Source: Gemmatimonadales bacterium | GTDB lineage: Bacteria > Gemmatimonadota > Gemmatimonadetes > Gemmatimonadales > GWC2-71-9 | Direction of reading: 5' to 3' | DNA: 64,000 bases | Assembly (NCBI GenBank): GCA_035577025.1 | Contig: DATLVU010000052.1 | Coordinates: forward strand, 7,303 to 71,302 | Shown here: in pieces, positions 9,116-18,523 of the stretch | Layout of the letters: each line of letters opens with the position of its first letter | Numbering within the stretch: position 1 is the stretch's first letter | Program-made: the position numbers and the translations under genes | Notes under the pieces: model-generated | Seen by the model: the letters and a program-made list of their open reading frames with translations, nothing else | What the model was told of the DNA's origin: nothing | Databases searched by the model: none

Positions 9116-10037
9116 CCGGCATCACGTATTTCATCGGGTCCACCGGCTTGCCGTTCACCCACACTTCGTAGTGGAGGTGCGGGCCCGTGGAGAGACCGGT
9201 CGAGCCGACGAGCGCGATCTTCTGTCCGCGCTTCACACGCTGCCCGCGCACCACGAGGATCTTCGAGCAGTGCGCGAACCGCGTCACCAGCCCGAACCCG
9301 TGATCCATCGTGATCATGTTGCCGTACCCCTCTTCCCACTTCACGTCCGTGACCACGCCGGCGGCGGGCGCCTCGATCTCGGCCCCCATGGGGGCGCTGA
9401 CGTCGATGCCCTCGTGCGGGCGGGCCAAGTGGAGGATCGGGTGGTAGCGCTCACGCGCGAATGCGCTGGTGAGCCATCCCTTGGTCGGCATGATGGACGG
9501 TGTGGCGGCGAGCCGGTCGCGCTGGCGGGACAGCGAGTCGTACGCCTCGTTCAGCGAGCGGACCAGGATGTTCGCCCGGCGGGCGAGCGCGTCGACGTCG
9601 AGGCGGGCCGCCAGGGCCTGCTGGCCGTTGGGGCCGAGCCCCTTCAGGCTGTCGCGCTCCGACCACGTGCCCGCGGGACCGCCGATGCCTGCCTGTTGCA
9701 CCGATGTATCGGTGGGCGTGAGGCCGGCGAGGAGGCGCAGCTCCTGCTCCCGCTCCCCGAAGCGGTGGAGCGTGTCGCGCAGCCCGGCCATGCGCTCGCG
9801 CATGCGCTGGATCTCGTCGGCGAGGATGCGATTCTCGTTTTCGAGCGCGCGGCTGTGCGTGATGTTCACGCCGCGGGAAACGGCGGCGACGCCCAAGACC
9901 AGGAACGCCAGCGCCAGCACGCTGCCGATCCCGACCAGGACCTTCACGAACGTCTGCGATACCTCCACGGCGCGGGACGATCCCGAGCCGTGAGGCACGA
10001 CCATGACGGTCCAGCGTCGCTCTGCCTTCTTAGTCAT
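9099..10037 (-). CDS. M23 family metallopeptidase (LytM-type)
   Basis: HEGIDVSAP...GSTGLSTGPHLHYEVWVNGKPVDP motifs. N-terminal TM segment and coiled coil. ATG 10037 is preceded by GGGGGA. Confidence 0.9.
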   Translation of the reverse strand: MTKKAERRWTVMVVPHGSGSSRAVEVSQTFVKVLVGIGSVLALAFLVLGVAAVSRGVNITHSRALENENRILADEIQRMRERMAGLRDTLHRFGEREQELRLLAGLTPTDTSVQQAGIGGPAGTWSERDSLKGLGPNGQQALAARLDVDALARRANILVRSLNEAYDSLSRQRDRLAATPSIMPTKGWLTSAFARERYHPILHLARPHEGIDVSAPMGAEIEAPAAGVVTDVKWEEGYGNMITMDHGFGLVTRFAHCSKILVVRGQRVKRGQKIALVGSTGLSTGPHLHYEVWVNGKPVDPMKYVMPDAIVD

Positions 10038-10159
10038 TTCCCCCACGCTACCTCGCATCGAAAAACAATTCACCTGGTGCACTGATGCACCAGTCCCGCG
10101 CGGACCAGCGGTTGGAGAATCCGGACAGGGCGTGGGGTCCGGTTCCCGAGTGGAGGTCT

Positions 10160-10188
10160 AAAGTACGGCTCGATTTAGAAAGCGTCAA
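10160..10188 (-). promoter_or_regulatory. putative sigma70-type promoter for the M23 peptidase gene
   Basis: The minus strand reads TTGACG, a 17-nt spacer, then TACTTT. It lies about 120 nt upstream of ATG 10037. Confidence 0.35.
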
Positions 10189-10229
10189 CACAGGCGATGG
10201 TGATGAAAATCACCGTCTTTGTGGGCTTT

Positions 10230-11759
10230 TTAGGCGGGTGCGGCCTTCGGCTTCGGGAAGAGGATGGGAGGCTTGGCGATGCGCTGTCCCCGCACGTCGA
10301 GCCCGGCCACGTCCCCCAGCCTGACCGTCTCGAGGGCCGGCGCATCGGGGAACAGGGCCCAGATAGCCCGAGCGGCCGCCGGGATGAACGGCTGAGCGAG
10401 AAGCGCGAGTCGCGCCACCGTCCTGGCCAGGCCGGCGAGCACCTGGTCGAGCTCGCCATCCTTGTCCGCCTTCGCGAGCTCCCACGGCGCGGTCTCCTGG
10501 ATGTAGCGATTGGCGCGCGCCGCGAGCTCCATGCACTGCGCCGCGCCTTCCTCGAGTCGATAGCCGTCCATCGCCCGCTGGTATCCGGCCACGCGCTCAC
10601 ACGCCGCCTCTTCGAGTGGACCCGAGTCCGCGGCGCCCGAAGCGCTCGGCACGCTTCCGCCACGATAGCGGTGGATCATGTCGAGGGAGCGTTTCACGAG
10701 ATTGCCAAACGTATCCGCGAGGTCGGCGTTGTAGCGCGCGTCGAGGCGCTCCCAGGTGAAGTCGCCGTCGTTCGCGAACCCGACCTCACGCAGCAGGAAA
10801 TACCGCAGCGCGTCGACGCCGCGATGGTCGATCGCGTCGTCCACGCTCAACGCGCCACCGGTGGACTTGGACACTTTGGCGCCGCCCCACTGGACGTACC
10901 CGTGTGCCCATACGAGGCGCGGCAGGGGGAGCTCGGCCGAGAGCAGCATGGCGGGCCAGAGCGCGCAGTGCAGCCGGGTGATGCCCTTGCCGATCACGTG
11001 CAGGTCCGCCGGCCAGAGCTTGTCGTACCCGCGCTCCGGGAAGCCGGCGGCGGTGATGTAGTTGATGAGCGCATCGAACCAGACGTACACCGTGTGCTCG
11101 GGCGCGCCCGGAAACGGAATCCCCCACGGGAAGCGCGCGCGTGAGACGGACACGTCTTCGAGACCGTCCTCGAGCAGGCGGAGGATCTCGTTGCGCCGAA
11201 TCTCCGGCTCGACCTTGAACTCACCCGACGTTATGAGCGCGTGGAGACGTTTGGCGTAGCGGCTCAGACGGAAGAAGTAGTTTGTCTCCTTCAACCGTTG
11301 CAGCGTGAGCGTCGGGTGCTCGATGCAGTGGCCATCGACGATCTGCGACGGCTGCTTGAACTCCTCGCACCCGACGCAATACCAGCCTTCGTACTCGCCA
11401 ATGAAGATGTCGTCCGGATTGCGCTCTCGAATGCGGCCGATGAACGCAGTCACGGAGGCGGTGTGGCGTGCCTCGGTGGTGCGGATCCAATCGTCGTTCG
11501 AGCAGTCGAGACGGCGCCACGTGGCTTCGAACCGCTCGGCGATGCGGTCGACCCACGCCTGCGGCGCGAGACCCTGCTTCTCCGCGGCCTGCGCCACCTT
11601 CTGCCCGTGCTCGTCCATGCCCATGACGAAATGGACGTCGTCGCCCTTGAACCGGTGGTAGCGAGCGATGCAATCCGCGCCGACCTTCTCGAGCGCGTGC
11701 CCGAGGTGGGGCTCGCCGTTCGAGTAATCGATGGCGGTCGTGAGGTAGAACTTAGGCAT
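10230..11759 (-). CDS. metG: methionine--tRNA ligase
   Basis: N-terminus MPKFYLTTAIDYSNGEPHLGHALE (HIGH motif) and KVSKS (KMSKS motif). Confidence 0.95.
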   Translation of the reverse strand: MPKFYLTTAIDYSNGEPHLGHALEKVGADCIARYHRFKGDDVHFVMGMDEHGQKVAQAAEKQGLAPQAWVDRIAERFEATWRRLDCSNDDWIRTTEARHTASVTAFIGRIRERNPDDIFIGEYEGWYCVGCEEFKQPSQIVDGHCIEHPTLTLQRLKETNYFFRLSRYAKRLHALITSGEFKVEPEIRRNEILRLLEDGLEDVSVSRARFPWGIPFPGAPEHTVYVWFDALINYITAAGFPERGYDKLWPADLHVIGKGITRLHCALWPAMLLSAELPLPRLVWAHGYVQWGGAKVSKSTGGALSVDDAIDHRGVDALRYFLLREVGFANDGDFTWERLDARYNADLADTFGNLVKRSLDMIHRYRGGSVPSASGAADSGPLEEAACERVAGYQRAMDGYRLEEGAAQCMELAARANRYIQETAPWELAKADKDGELDQVLAGLARTVARLALLAQPFIPAAARAIWALFPDAPALETVRLGDVAGLDVRGQRIAKPPILFPKPKAAPA

Positions 11760-12624
11760 CCGCGACCTCGGTCTTCAGCTTCTCGAGCGAGAGGACGCGG
11801 GTATCGCCTGCGTCCGTCCGCAAGGTCACCGTTTCGCGGAAGATATCCACCGCGAGCACGCGCTCGGCGCCGACCTTCGTGCGCAGCGTCTTGCCTTCCT
11901 TCGGGAAGCGCTTCCGCGTCTGCACGTAGTAATCGTGCTCGTAGCGGAGACAGCACAAGAGGCGCCCGCAACCTCCCGAGATCTGCGACGGATTGAGCGA
12001 CAGGTGTTGGTCCTTCGCGAGCGCCAGGCTCACCGGCCGGAGCTCGGGGAGCCAGCTCGAGCAGCAGAACTGGCGCCCGCAGCGGCCCACGCCGTCCAGC
12101 CGCTTGGCCTCGTCCCGCGCGCCGATCTGGCGCAGCTCGATGCGCGTGTGAAACGCGCTCGCCAGATCCCGCACCAGGGCGCGAAAGTCGACGCGTTGCT
12201 CGGCGGTGAAGTAGATCGTGAGCTTCCGGCGGTCCCACTGCCACTCGGCGTCCGACACCTTCATAAGGAGCGCGTGGCGTTTCACCTGCTCCATCACACG
12301 GCGCCGGACATCGTCCTCCTCCGCGTGCAGCAGATCGGCCTGCGCCGCATCGGTCGAGCTCGCGCGTCGCAGCACGCGCCGCGGCGTGGAGGGTGGGGGA
12401 CTCGCGGCTGCCTCGGCGAGGCTGCATCCGCTGCAGCCCCCCCCCGCCCCCCCCGCGCCGCATTTCTTCGCGGCCACGGGGCCGAGCGCCGACACGCGGC
12501 CGAAATCCTGGCCGCGCTCGACTTCGACGATCACCGGATCGTGTAAGGCGAGGGGCTCCGCGGATGGCCAGCTGAAATATTCTTTACGGTTCCCTTTGAA
12601 CCGGACTTCGACGAGATCGGTCAA
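11752..12624 (-). CDS. PSP1-domain protein (YaaT/RicT-like)
   Basis: LRQIGARDEAKRLDGVGRCGRQFCCSSWL and GGCGRLLCCLRYE blocks are typical of PSP1/YaaT. It carries a Cys/Gly-rich low-complexity insertion. Confidence 0.88.
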   Translation of the reverse strand: MTDLVEVRFKGNRKEYFSWPSAEPLALHDPVIVEVERGQDFGRVSALGPVAAKKCGAGGAGGGCSGCSLAEAAASPPPSTPRRVLRRASSTDAAQADLLHAEEDDVRRRVMEQVKRHALLMKVSDAEWQWDRRKLTIYFTAEQRVDFRALVRDLASAFHTRIELRQIGARDEAKRLDGVGRCGRQFCCSSWLPELRPVSLALAKDQHLSLNPSQISGGCGRLLCCLRYEHDYYVQTRKRFPKEGKTLRTKVGAERVLAVDIFRETVTLRTDAGDTRVLSLEKLKTEVADA

Positions 12625-12625
12625 C

Positions 12626-13585
12626 TCACTTCTCGCTCAGCGCTCCCATCGAAAGGTACTTCTCTTCCCGCCGTTTGAGGAGCTTTTCGATTTTGACCTT
12701 GCGGAGCTGCCGCACGTGCCGGCGCAGGGCGTCGCCCAGCGCCTCGGCCGCGGCCTCAGGGTCGGCGTGGGCGCCGCCCGGCGGCTCGCTGATGATCTCG
12801 TCGATCACGCCCAGCTCGAGCAGATCGTCGGCGGTGATCTTGAGCGCCTCGGCGGCCCGCTCCCGCTGGCTCGCGTCCTTCCACAGGATGGCCGCGCACC
12901 CTTCGGGCGAGATCACCGAATAGACGGAGTTCTCGAGCATCATGACGCGGTCGGCGAGCCCGACCGCCAGCGCGCCCCCGGAGCCACCCTCGCCGATCAC
13001 CGCCGTGATGATCGGCGTCCGGAGCGTCGCCATCTCGACCAGGTTGCGGGCGATCGCTTCCGCCTGGCCGCGCTCTTCGGCCCCGAGCCCCGGATAGGCG
13101 CCCGGGGTATCGACCAGCGTGATCACGGGGGCGCGGAACTGCTGCGCCAGGTGCATCAGCCGGAGCGCCTTGCGGTACCCCTCGGGGTGCGCCATCCCGA
13201 AATTGCGCCGCAGGTTCTCCTTCGTGTCGCGGCCCTTTTGATGACCGATGACCATAACGCTCATGCCGTCCAGCCGCGCCCAGCCGCCCACGATGGCGGG
13301 GTCGTCGCGGAACAGACGGTCGCCGTGCAGCTCCACGAAATCCGTGAACACCGTGCTCAGGTAGTCGAGCGTGTAGGGCCGTTTCGGATGGCGCGCCACC
13401 TGGACCCGCTGCATGGGCGTGAGGTTCTTGTAGACCTCGGCGCGCAGCTCGGCGAGGCGCTTCTCGAGCGGCGCGAGCTCCTTGGTCATGTCCACGGCCG
13501 TCTCGCCCGCTACGCGCTTCACCTCCTCGATCTGGCGCTCGAGCTCGAGGAGCGGGCGCTCAAAATCGAGAGTATGGGTCGCCAC
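12626..13585 (-). CDS. accA: acetyl-CoA carboxylase carboxyltransferase subunit alpha
   Basis: Full-length AccA-like sequence: LDFERPLLELE..., MAHPEGYRKALRLM, GEGGSGGALA. Confidence 0.95.
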   Translation of the reverse strand: MATHTLDFERPLLELERQIEEVKRVAGETAVDMTKELAPLEKRLAELRAEVYKNLTPMQRVQVARHPKRPYTLDYLSTVFTDFVELHGDRLFRDDPAIVGGWARLDGMSVMVIGHQKGRDTKENLRRNFGMAHPEGYRKALRLMHLAQQFRAPVITLVDTPGAYPGLGAEERGQAEAIARNLVEMATLRTPIITAVIGEGGSGGALAVGLADRVMMLENSVYSVISPEGCAAILWKDASQRERAAEALKITADDLLELGVIDEIISEPPGGAHADPEAAAEALGDALRRHVRQLRKVKIEKLLKRREEKYLSMGALSEK

Positions 13586-13587
13586 GG

Positions 13588-16500
13588 TCAGGAAGTTCGC
13601 ACGAGGTGGACGCGGTCGGGACCGACGAGCTCGCGCAACGCGGCCAGCAGGTCGTCCGCCGCGTCCACGCGGAGCGAGCGGCTACGCAGCCGGGCGACCT
13701 CGCCCGGGGTGAGCGGACGGGCGCCGTCTTCGTCACTCCACTCGAGCAGGACCGGAGCCGGCCCCGGATGCGCGGCGCACAGGGCGGCGACGGCGCGCGT
13801 CGCGTCCACCGGTGCATCCGGGGACCAGCGCAAGGCGACGCCGATGGCCCCGCTCGCCTTCAGCTCGTCGAGCGGTTGGGCGGCTTCGACGATGAACGGG
13901 GCCTGCTCCTCCCCCCGGTCGCGCGCGCTGTGACTCCCCGACAGGAGCAGCGCGCGGTCGGTGCGGATCACCTCGTTCAACTTGGCCCAGGCCTCCGGGA
14001 ACACGAGCGCCTCCGCGGTGCCGTGAAAGTCCTCGAGCGTCAGCCGCGCGTACTCCGCGCCGGTCTTTTTCGAAATCTGACGCTTGACCATCGTCACCAC
14101 CGCTCCTACCCGCACCTTCTGTTCGCTCCAGTGACCCAGGGTGGCGGTGGTGCGCGTCCCGAAAAGCTCCACCTCGAGGCGGTATCGCGCGAGAGGGTGC
14201 CCGGAAATGAAGAAGCCGAGCACGGCCTTCTCGCGCGCCAGCCGATCGTGCTCGCTCCAGGGGGGGACGTCGGGAAGCGGTGAGCGGTGAGCGGTGAGCG
14301 GGGCCGCCTCACCGAACAGCCCGACCTGACCGGATTCGCGGTCCCCCTGGCGCGTTTGGGCTTCGGAAAAGGCGTGGTCCAGCGCCGCGACGAGCTGGGC
14401 GCGTTGGCCGCCCCCATTGCCGGTGAGCGAGTCGCATGCGCCGGCGTCGATCAGCGACTCGAGCACGCGCTTGTTGCAGAGGCGCAGGTCGATGCGGTCG
14501 CACAAATCCACGAGCGAGGCATAGGGGCCACCGCTCGCGCGGCCCGTGAGGATGGACTCGATCGCCCCCGCTCCGACGTTCTTGATGGCCCCGAGCCCGA
14601 ACCGGAGACGCCGATCGGCGACCACCGTGAACTTGAAACCCGATTCGTTCACGTCGGGGGGCAGCACCTCGAGCCCGAGCTCCCGGGCCTCGTTGATGTA
14701 GCGCACCACGGTATCGGTATCGCCGATCTCCGATGACAAGAGGGCCGACATGAACTCAGCCGGGTAGTGCGCCTTGAGCCACGCCGTCTGGTAGGAGAGA
14801 ACCGAGTAGGCGACCGCGTGCGACTTGTTGAACCCGTACCGGCCGAACGTCTCGATCTGCGCGGCGATATCCTCGATGACGCGTCGGGGGTGGCCGAGCC
14901 CCACGGCGCGCTCCACGAAGCGGCCGAGCTCGCGCTGAATCAGCTCCTTGTCCTTCTTGCCCACGGCTTTGCGCAGCACGTCGGCTTCGGCGAGCGTGAA
15001 GCCCCCGAGCACGTTCGCGATCCGCATCACCTGCTCCTGATAGGTGATGACGCCGTAGGTGGGCCTGAGAATCTCTTCGAGCGCGGGGTGCGGGTAGCGC
15101 ACCGGCTCGCGGCCGAGCTTGCGGTTGATGAACACCAGATGCATGCCGGTGTCGAGCGGGCCGGGACGGAGCAGCGCGTTCGTCGCCACCAGATCGTCGA
15201 AGCGATCGCACTTCATGCTGCGGAGGCAATCGGTGGCGAGCGGCGACTCGAACTGGAAGACACCGGCCGTACGACCGGAGCCGAGCAGCTCGTAGACCGC
15301 CGGGTCCGCGAGGTCGAGTCGGTTCATGTCGACGGTCACGCCGTGACGTTCGCGAACCATCGCGCAGGCATCGTGGATCACGGTCAGCGTGCGGAGCCCG
15401 AGGACGTCGATCTTGAGCATCCCGACCTTCTCGAGCGCGACCATGTCATACTGGGTGATGATCGCCTCCGCCTCCTGCGGCGCGAGGCACACGGGCACGT
15501 AATCGGTGAGCGGGCCCGGGGCGATCACCACGCCCGCCGCGTGTACGGAGGCGTGGCGCGCCAGGCCTTCGATCCGGGTGCCCAGCTCGAGGATCTTCCG
15601 AACGCGGTCGTCCTGGCGCGCGAGCTGCCGCAGCTCGGGGGACCGCTCGGAAGCTTCCGCCAGCGTGACGGCGATGCCGGGCCCGGCCGGAATCATCTTG
15701 GTGAAGCGATCCACCTCGCCCGGCTCCACGCGGAGCGTGCGGGCGACGTCGCGGAAGGCCGCGCGCGCCTTCAGCGTCCCGAAGGTGATGATCTGCCCGA
15801 CCGAGTCGCGCCCGTAACGCTCCCGGATGTACTGGATGACCTCCCCGCGGCGCTCGAAGCAGAAGTCGAGGTCGATGTCCGGCATCGAGATGCGCTCGGG
15901 ATTCAGGAACCGCTCGAACAGCAGGTCGAACGCGAGCGGGTCGATATCGGTGATGCCGAGGGCGTAGGCCACGAGCGAGCCCGCGGCCGAGCCCCGGCCG
16001 GGGCCCACCGGGATGCCTCGGTCCTTCGCTGCCTTCACGATGTCGTAGACGATCAGGAAGTAGCCGGCGTACCCGGTATGCGCGATGACCTGCAGCTCGT
16101 AGTCGAGCCGCGTCTGGACCTCCGGGGACAGCGTCTCTCCATAGCGCTGCCGCGCCCCGGCGCGCGCGAGGTGCACGAGCAGATCGTGGTCGGTCGCGAA
16201 CTCGGCCGGCCGCGGGTACTGGGGGAGGAAGTATCGCTTCTCGAAATCGAACTCGCACAGCCCCGCCACGCGTTGGGTTTCCTCCACCACCTCGGGGTGG
16301 TCGGGGAACAACGCGCGCATCTCTTGCTCGGCCTTGACGTAGCTCTCTTGACCGAAGAACCGGAAGCGGTTCGGATCGTCCAGGTCCTTGCCGGTGCCGA
16401 TCGCGAGGAGGACGTCGTGTGCCTCGGCGTCCTCTTTCTTCAGGTAATGCGCGTCATTGGTGGCCACGACCGGCAGGCCGAGCTCCCGGGCGAGCTGAAA

Positions 16501-17073
16501 CATGCCGGCGGTGACGGTGGTCTCATCGGCCAGGCCGTGGTTCTGGACTTCGAGCCAGAATCCGTCGGGACCGAACACCCGGGCGAAGTACTGGGCGCTC
16601 GCCTTCGCCGCCTCGTAGTTCCCCTGCCGCAGGTACAGGGCGATCTCGCCCGAAAGGCAGGCCGCGAGTCCGATCACTCCGTCGGCGTACTGCTCCAGGA
16701 CCTCACGGTCGATGCGGGGGCGACGGTAGAAGCCCTCCAGAAACCCGATGGAGGACAATTTGACGAGATGGTGATACCCGGTGCGGTTCTTGGCGAGGAG
16801 GACGAGGTGTGAGTAGGGGCCCGGCGCCTCGGCCGGTCGTTCGCGCCGGTGGCGATCGCCGAACGCGAGATACGCTTCGAAGCCCAGGATCGGACGCACC
16901 TTCCGGGCCCGCGCCTCGGCATAGAACTGCCACGCGCCGTGCAGATTGCCGTGGTCGGTGATCGCGAGCGAATCCATCCCGAGCGTCTGGACCCGCTCGA
17001 GCAAGTCGGGGATCCGGTTCGCGCCGTCGAGGAGGGAGTACTCGCTGTGGGTATGGAGGTGAACGAACGCCAT
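13588..17073 (-). CDS. dnaE: DNA polymerase III subunit alpha
   Basis: PHP-domain start MAFVHLHTHSEYSLLDG at ATG 17073; the ORF-track extension to 17316 is not coding-like. Polymerase core and C-terminal OB region are present. Confidence 0.95.
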   Translation of the reverse strand: MAFVHLHTHSEYSLLDGANRIPDLLERVQTLGMDSLAITDHGNLHGAWQFYAEARARKVRPILGFEAYLAFGDRHRRERPAEAPGPYSHLVLLAKNRTGYHHLVKLSSIGFLEGFYRRPRIDREVLEQYADGVIGLAACLSGEIALYLRQGNYEAAKASAQYFARVFGPDGFWLEVQNHGLADETTVTAGMFQLARELGLPVVATNDAHYLKKEDAEAHDVLLAIGTGKDLDDPNRFRFFGQESYVKAEQEMRALFPDHPEVVEETQRVAGLCEFDFEKRYFLPQYPRPAEFATDHDLLVHLARAGARQRYGETLSPEVQTRLDYELQVIAHTGYAGYFLIVYDIVKAAKDRGIPVGPGRGSAAGSLVAYALGITDIDPLAFDLLFERFLNPERISMPDIDLDFCFERRGEVIQYIRERYGRDSVGQIITFGTLKARAAFRDVARTLRVEPGEVDRFTKMIPAGPGIAVTLAEASERSPELRQLARQDDRVRKILELGTRIEGLARHASVHAAGVVIAPGPLTDYVPVCLAPQEAEAIITQYDMVALEKVGMLKIDVLGLRTLTVIHDACAMVRERHGVTVDMNRLDLADPAVYELLGSGRTAGVFQFESPLATDCLRSMKCDRFDDLVATNALLRPGPLDTGMHLVFINRKLGREPVRYPHPALEEILRPTYGVITYQEQVMRIANVLGGFTLAEADVLRKAVGKKDKELIQRELGRFVERAVGLGHPRRVIEDIAAQIETFGRYGFNKSHAVAYSVLSYQTAWLKAHYPAEFMSALLSSEIGDTDTVVRYINEARELGLEVLPPDVNESGFKFTVVADRRLRFGLGAIKNVGAGAIESILTGRASGGPYASLVDLCDRIDLRLCNKRVLESLIDAGACDSLTGNGGGQRAQLVAALDHAFSEAQTRQGDRESGQVGLFGEAAPLTAHRSPLPDVPPWSEHDRLAREKAVLGFFISGHPLARYRLEVELFGTRTTATLGHWSEQKVRVGAVVTMVKRQISKKTGAEYARLTLEDFHGTAEALVFPEAWAKLNEVIRTDRALLLSGSHSARDRGEEQAPFIVEAAQPLDELKASGAIGVALRWSPDAPVDATRAVAALCAAHPGPAPVLLEWSDEDGARPLTPGEVARLRSRSLRVDAADDLLAALRELVGPDRVHLVRTS
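14277..14304. repeat. heptamer tandem array (GCGGTGA)x3 + GCGGGGC inside dnaE
   Basis: Read directly from the sequence. It encodes LTAHRSPL in the variable linker upstream of EKAVLGFFISGHPL. Confidence 0.95.
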
Positions 17074-17146
17074 ACGGCTACGAGGAATGATACCGGCGCC
17101 TCGATGCATTGTCAAAAGCGCGCGGCGCCGGATATCTTGTGGCCCC

Positions 17147-18523
17147 ATGCGCCGCGTGGCGAGTCTGTTCGCGCTGATTGTGGTGATGGCGCTGCTGCAT
17201 CGGGCGACCGCGAGCAGCCCACTCGACGCGCGGGCCACGCTCGCGCTCGCGTTTTTGTTGCTCGCGGCATACCTGGGCGGGGACCTCGCGCGGCAGGCGC
17301 GACTCCCCCGTCTCACGGGCTACGTGCTGCTCGGATTCGCCGTCGGACCCGCCTGGCTCGGCGTGGTGCGACGCGACGAAGTGGAAGCCCTCGGCTTCCT
17401 CCAGGACGCCGCGCTCACCCTCATTGCCCTCACCGTGGGACTGACACTGCGCCTCGCCGAGCTGCGCCGGAATCGGCTCGCCCTGGCGCGCCTCGGTGCC
17501 GGCGCCGTCGCATTTCCCTTCGTCGTCGTATCGCTCATCGCCTTCACGATCACCCCCTGGCTCCCCTTCACGGCACATCAACCGTTCGGCGATCGCGCCG
17601 TGGTTGCGCTCGTGCTCGGCACGCTCGCCGCCGCTTCATCGCCGGTCGTGGCCATGGCCATGCTCGAGGAGTGCGACGCCCGGGGTCCCTTCGCGCGCGG
17701 TCTGCTCGACGTGTCGGTCGCCCAGGATCTAGTGGTGGTGATTCTGTTTGCGCTGGTCATCGCCGTGGGCAAGGCGATGGCGAGCTCGGGCACGGTCACG
17801 GTCTCCATCGCGGGGTTCGCGTTGGGTGGAGTCCTGGCGTCAGTTGCGGTGGGACTCCTGCTCGGGTACGCATCGCACCGTGCCCTGCGACTGGCGCGCC
17901 GCGATACGACGATCCTCGTGGTCGCCCTGGCGTTCCTCACTCCTCAGATCGCCCGCCTGGCGCATCTCGAGAGCCTGATCATCGCGCTCGGCGCGGGCTT
18001 CTATCTCGAGAACTTTTGTCCCGCCGCCGACATCGATCGCTTGCGTAGCGACCTGAAACGCGGGGCGCTCGTCGTGTACGTCCTCTTCTTCGCGCTCAGC
18101 GGGGCCGGGTTGCGGGTGGGTGTGCTCGCGGAGTGGTGGCCCTGGGCGTTGCTCCTGATCGGGTTACGGGTCGTGAGCGTGCGCTACGGTATCCGCTGGG
18201 CGGGACGCGACCCGAGTGTGACGCCCGCCCTCGCCGGGGAGGGCTGGCTCGGCCTCTTTTCCCAGGTGGGAATGGCGTCGGTGCTCGCGCAGCTCGCCCG
18301 TCGTGCGTTCCCCGAGTGGGGGGTCTCCCTCGAGGCCCTGCTCGTGGCGATGATTGGAGTCCACACGGTGGCTGGGCCGATCTGTTTCCGTCTAGCGCTC
18401 GAGCGCACCGGTGAAATCACCGATAAGACAGGGGGAGGGGGGTCACGCCATGCCGAAGCGTCTCTGGGCGATCGGGGTGAGGGTGGGGATGGGGGTGTCG
18501 TCGCTGCTGGCGGCGGCGTGTAG
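17147..18523 (+). CDS. cation:proton antiporter (Na+/H+ exchanger family)
   Basis: Polytopic membrane protein; LPRLTGYVLLGFAVGPAWLG is typical of CPA-type exchangers. ATG 17147 was chosen over the upstream extension. Confidence 0.8.
   Translation: MRRVASLFALIVVMALLHRATASSPLDARATLALAFLLLAAYLGGDLARQARLPRLTGYVLLGFAVGPAWLGVVRRDEVEALGFLQDAALTLIALTVGLTLRLAELRRNRLALARLGAGAVAFPFVVVSLIAFTITPWLPFTAHQPFGDRAVVALVLGTLAAASSPVVAMAMLEECDARGPFARGLLDVSVAQDLVVVILFALVIAVGKAMASSGTVTVSIAGFALGGVLASVAVGLLLGYASHRALRLARRDTTILVVALAFLTPQIARLAHLESLIIALGAGFYLENFCPAADIDRLRSDLKRGALVVYVLFFALSGAGLRVGVLAEWWPWALLLIGLRVVSVRYGIRWAGRDPSVTPALAGEGWLGLFSQVGMASVLAQLARRAFPEWGVSLEALLVAMIGVHTVAGPICFRLALERTGEITDKTGGGGSRHAEASLGDRGEGGDGGVVAAGGGV

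Noticed and set aside
14767-16812. Very long antisense ORFs: 14767-16812, 12218-13933, 60309-62021, 54947-56794, 5881-7209, 25190-26380 and many more.
   Set aside because: Each lies opposite a gene with clear family motifs (dnaE, accA, gcvP, ABC ATPases, SusC, M20). Their translations are Arg/Pro/Gly/Ala-rich and lack motifs. Open antisense frames of this kind are expected in high-G+C DNA.
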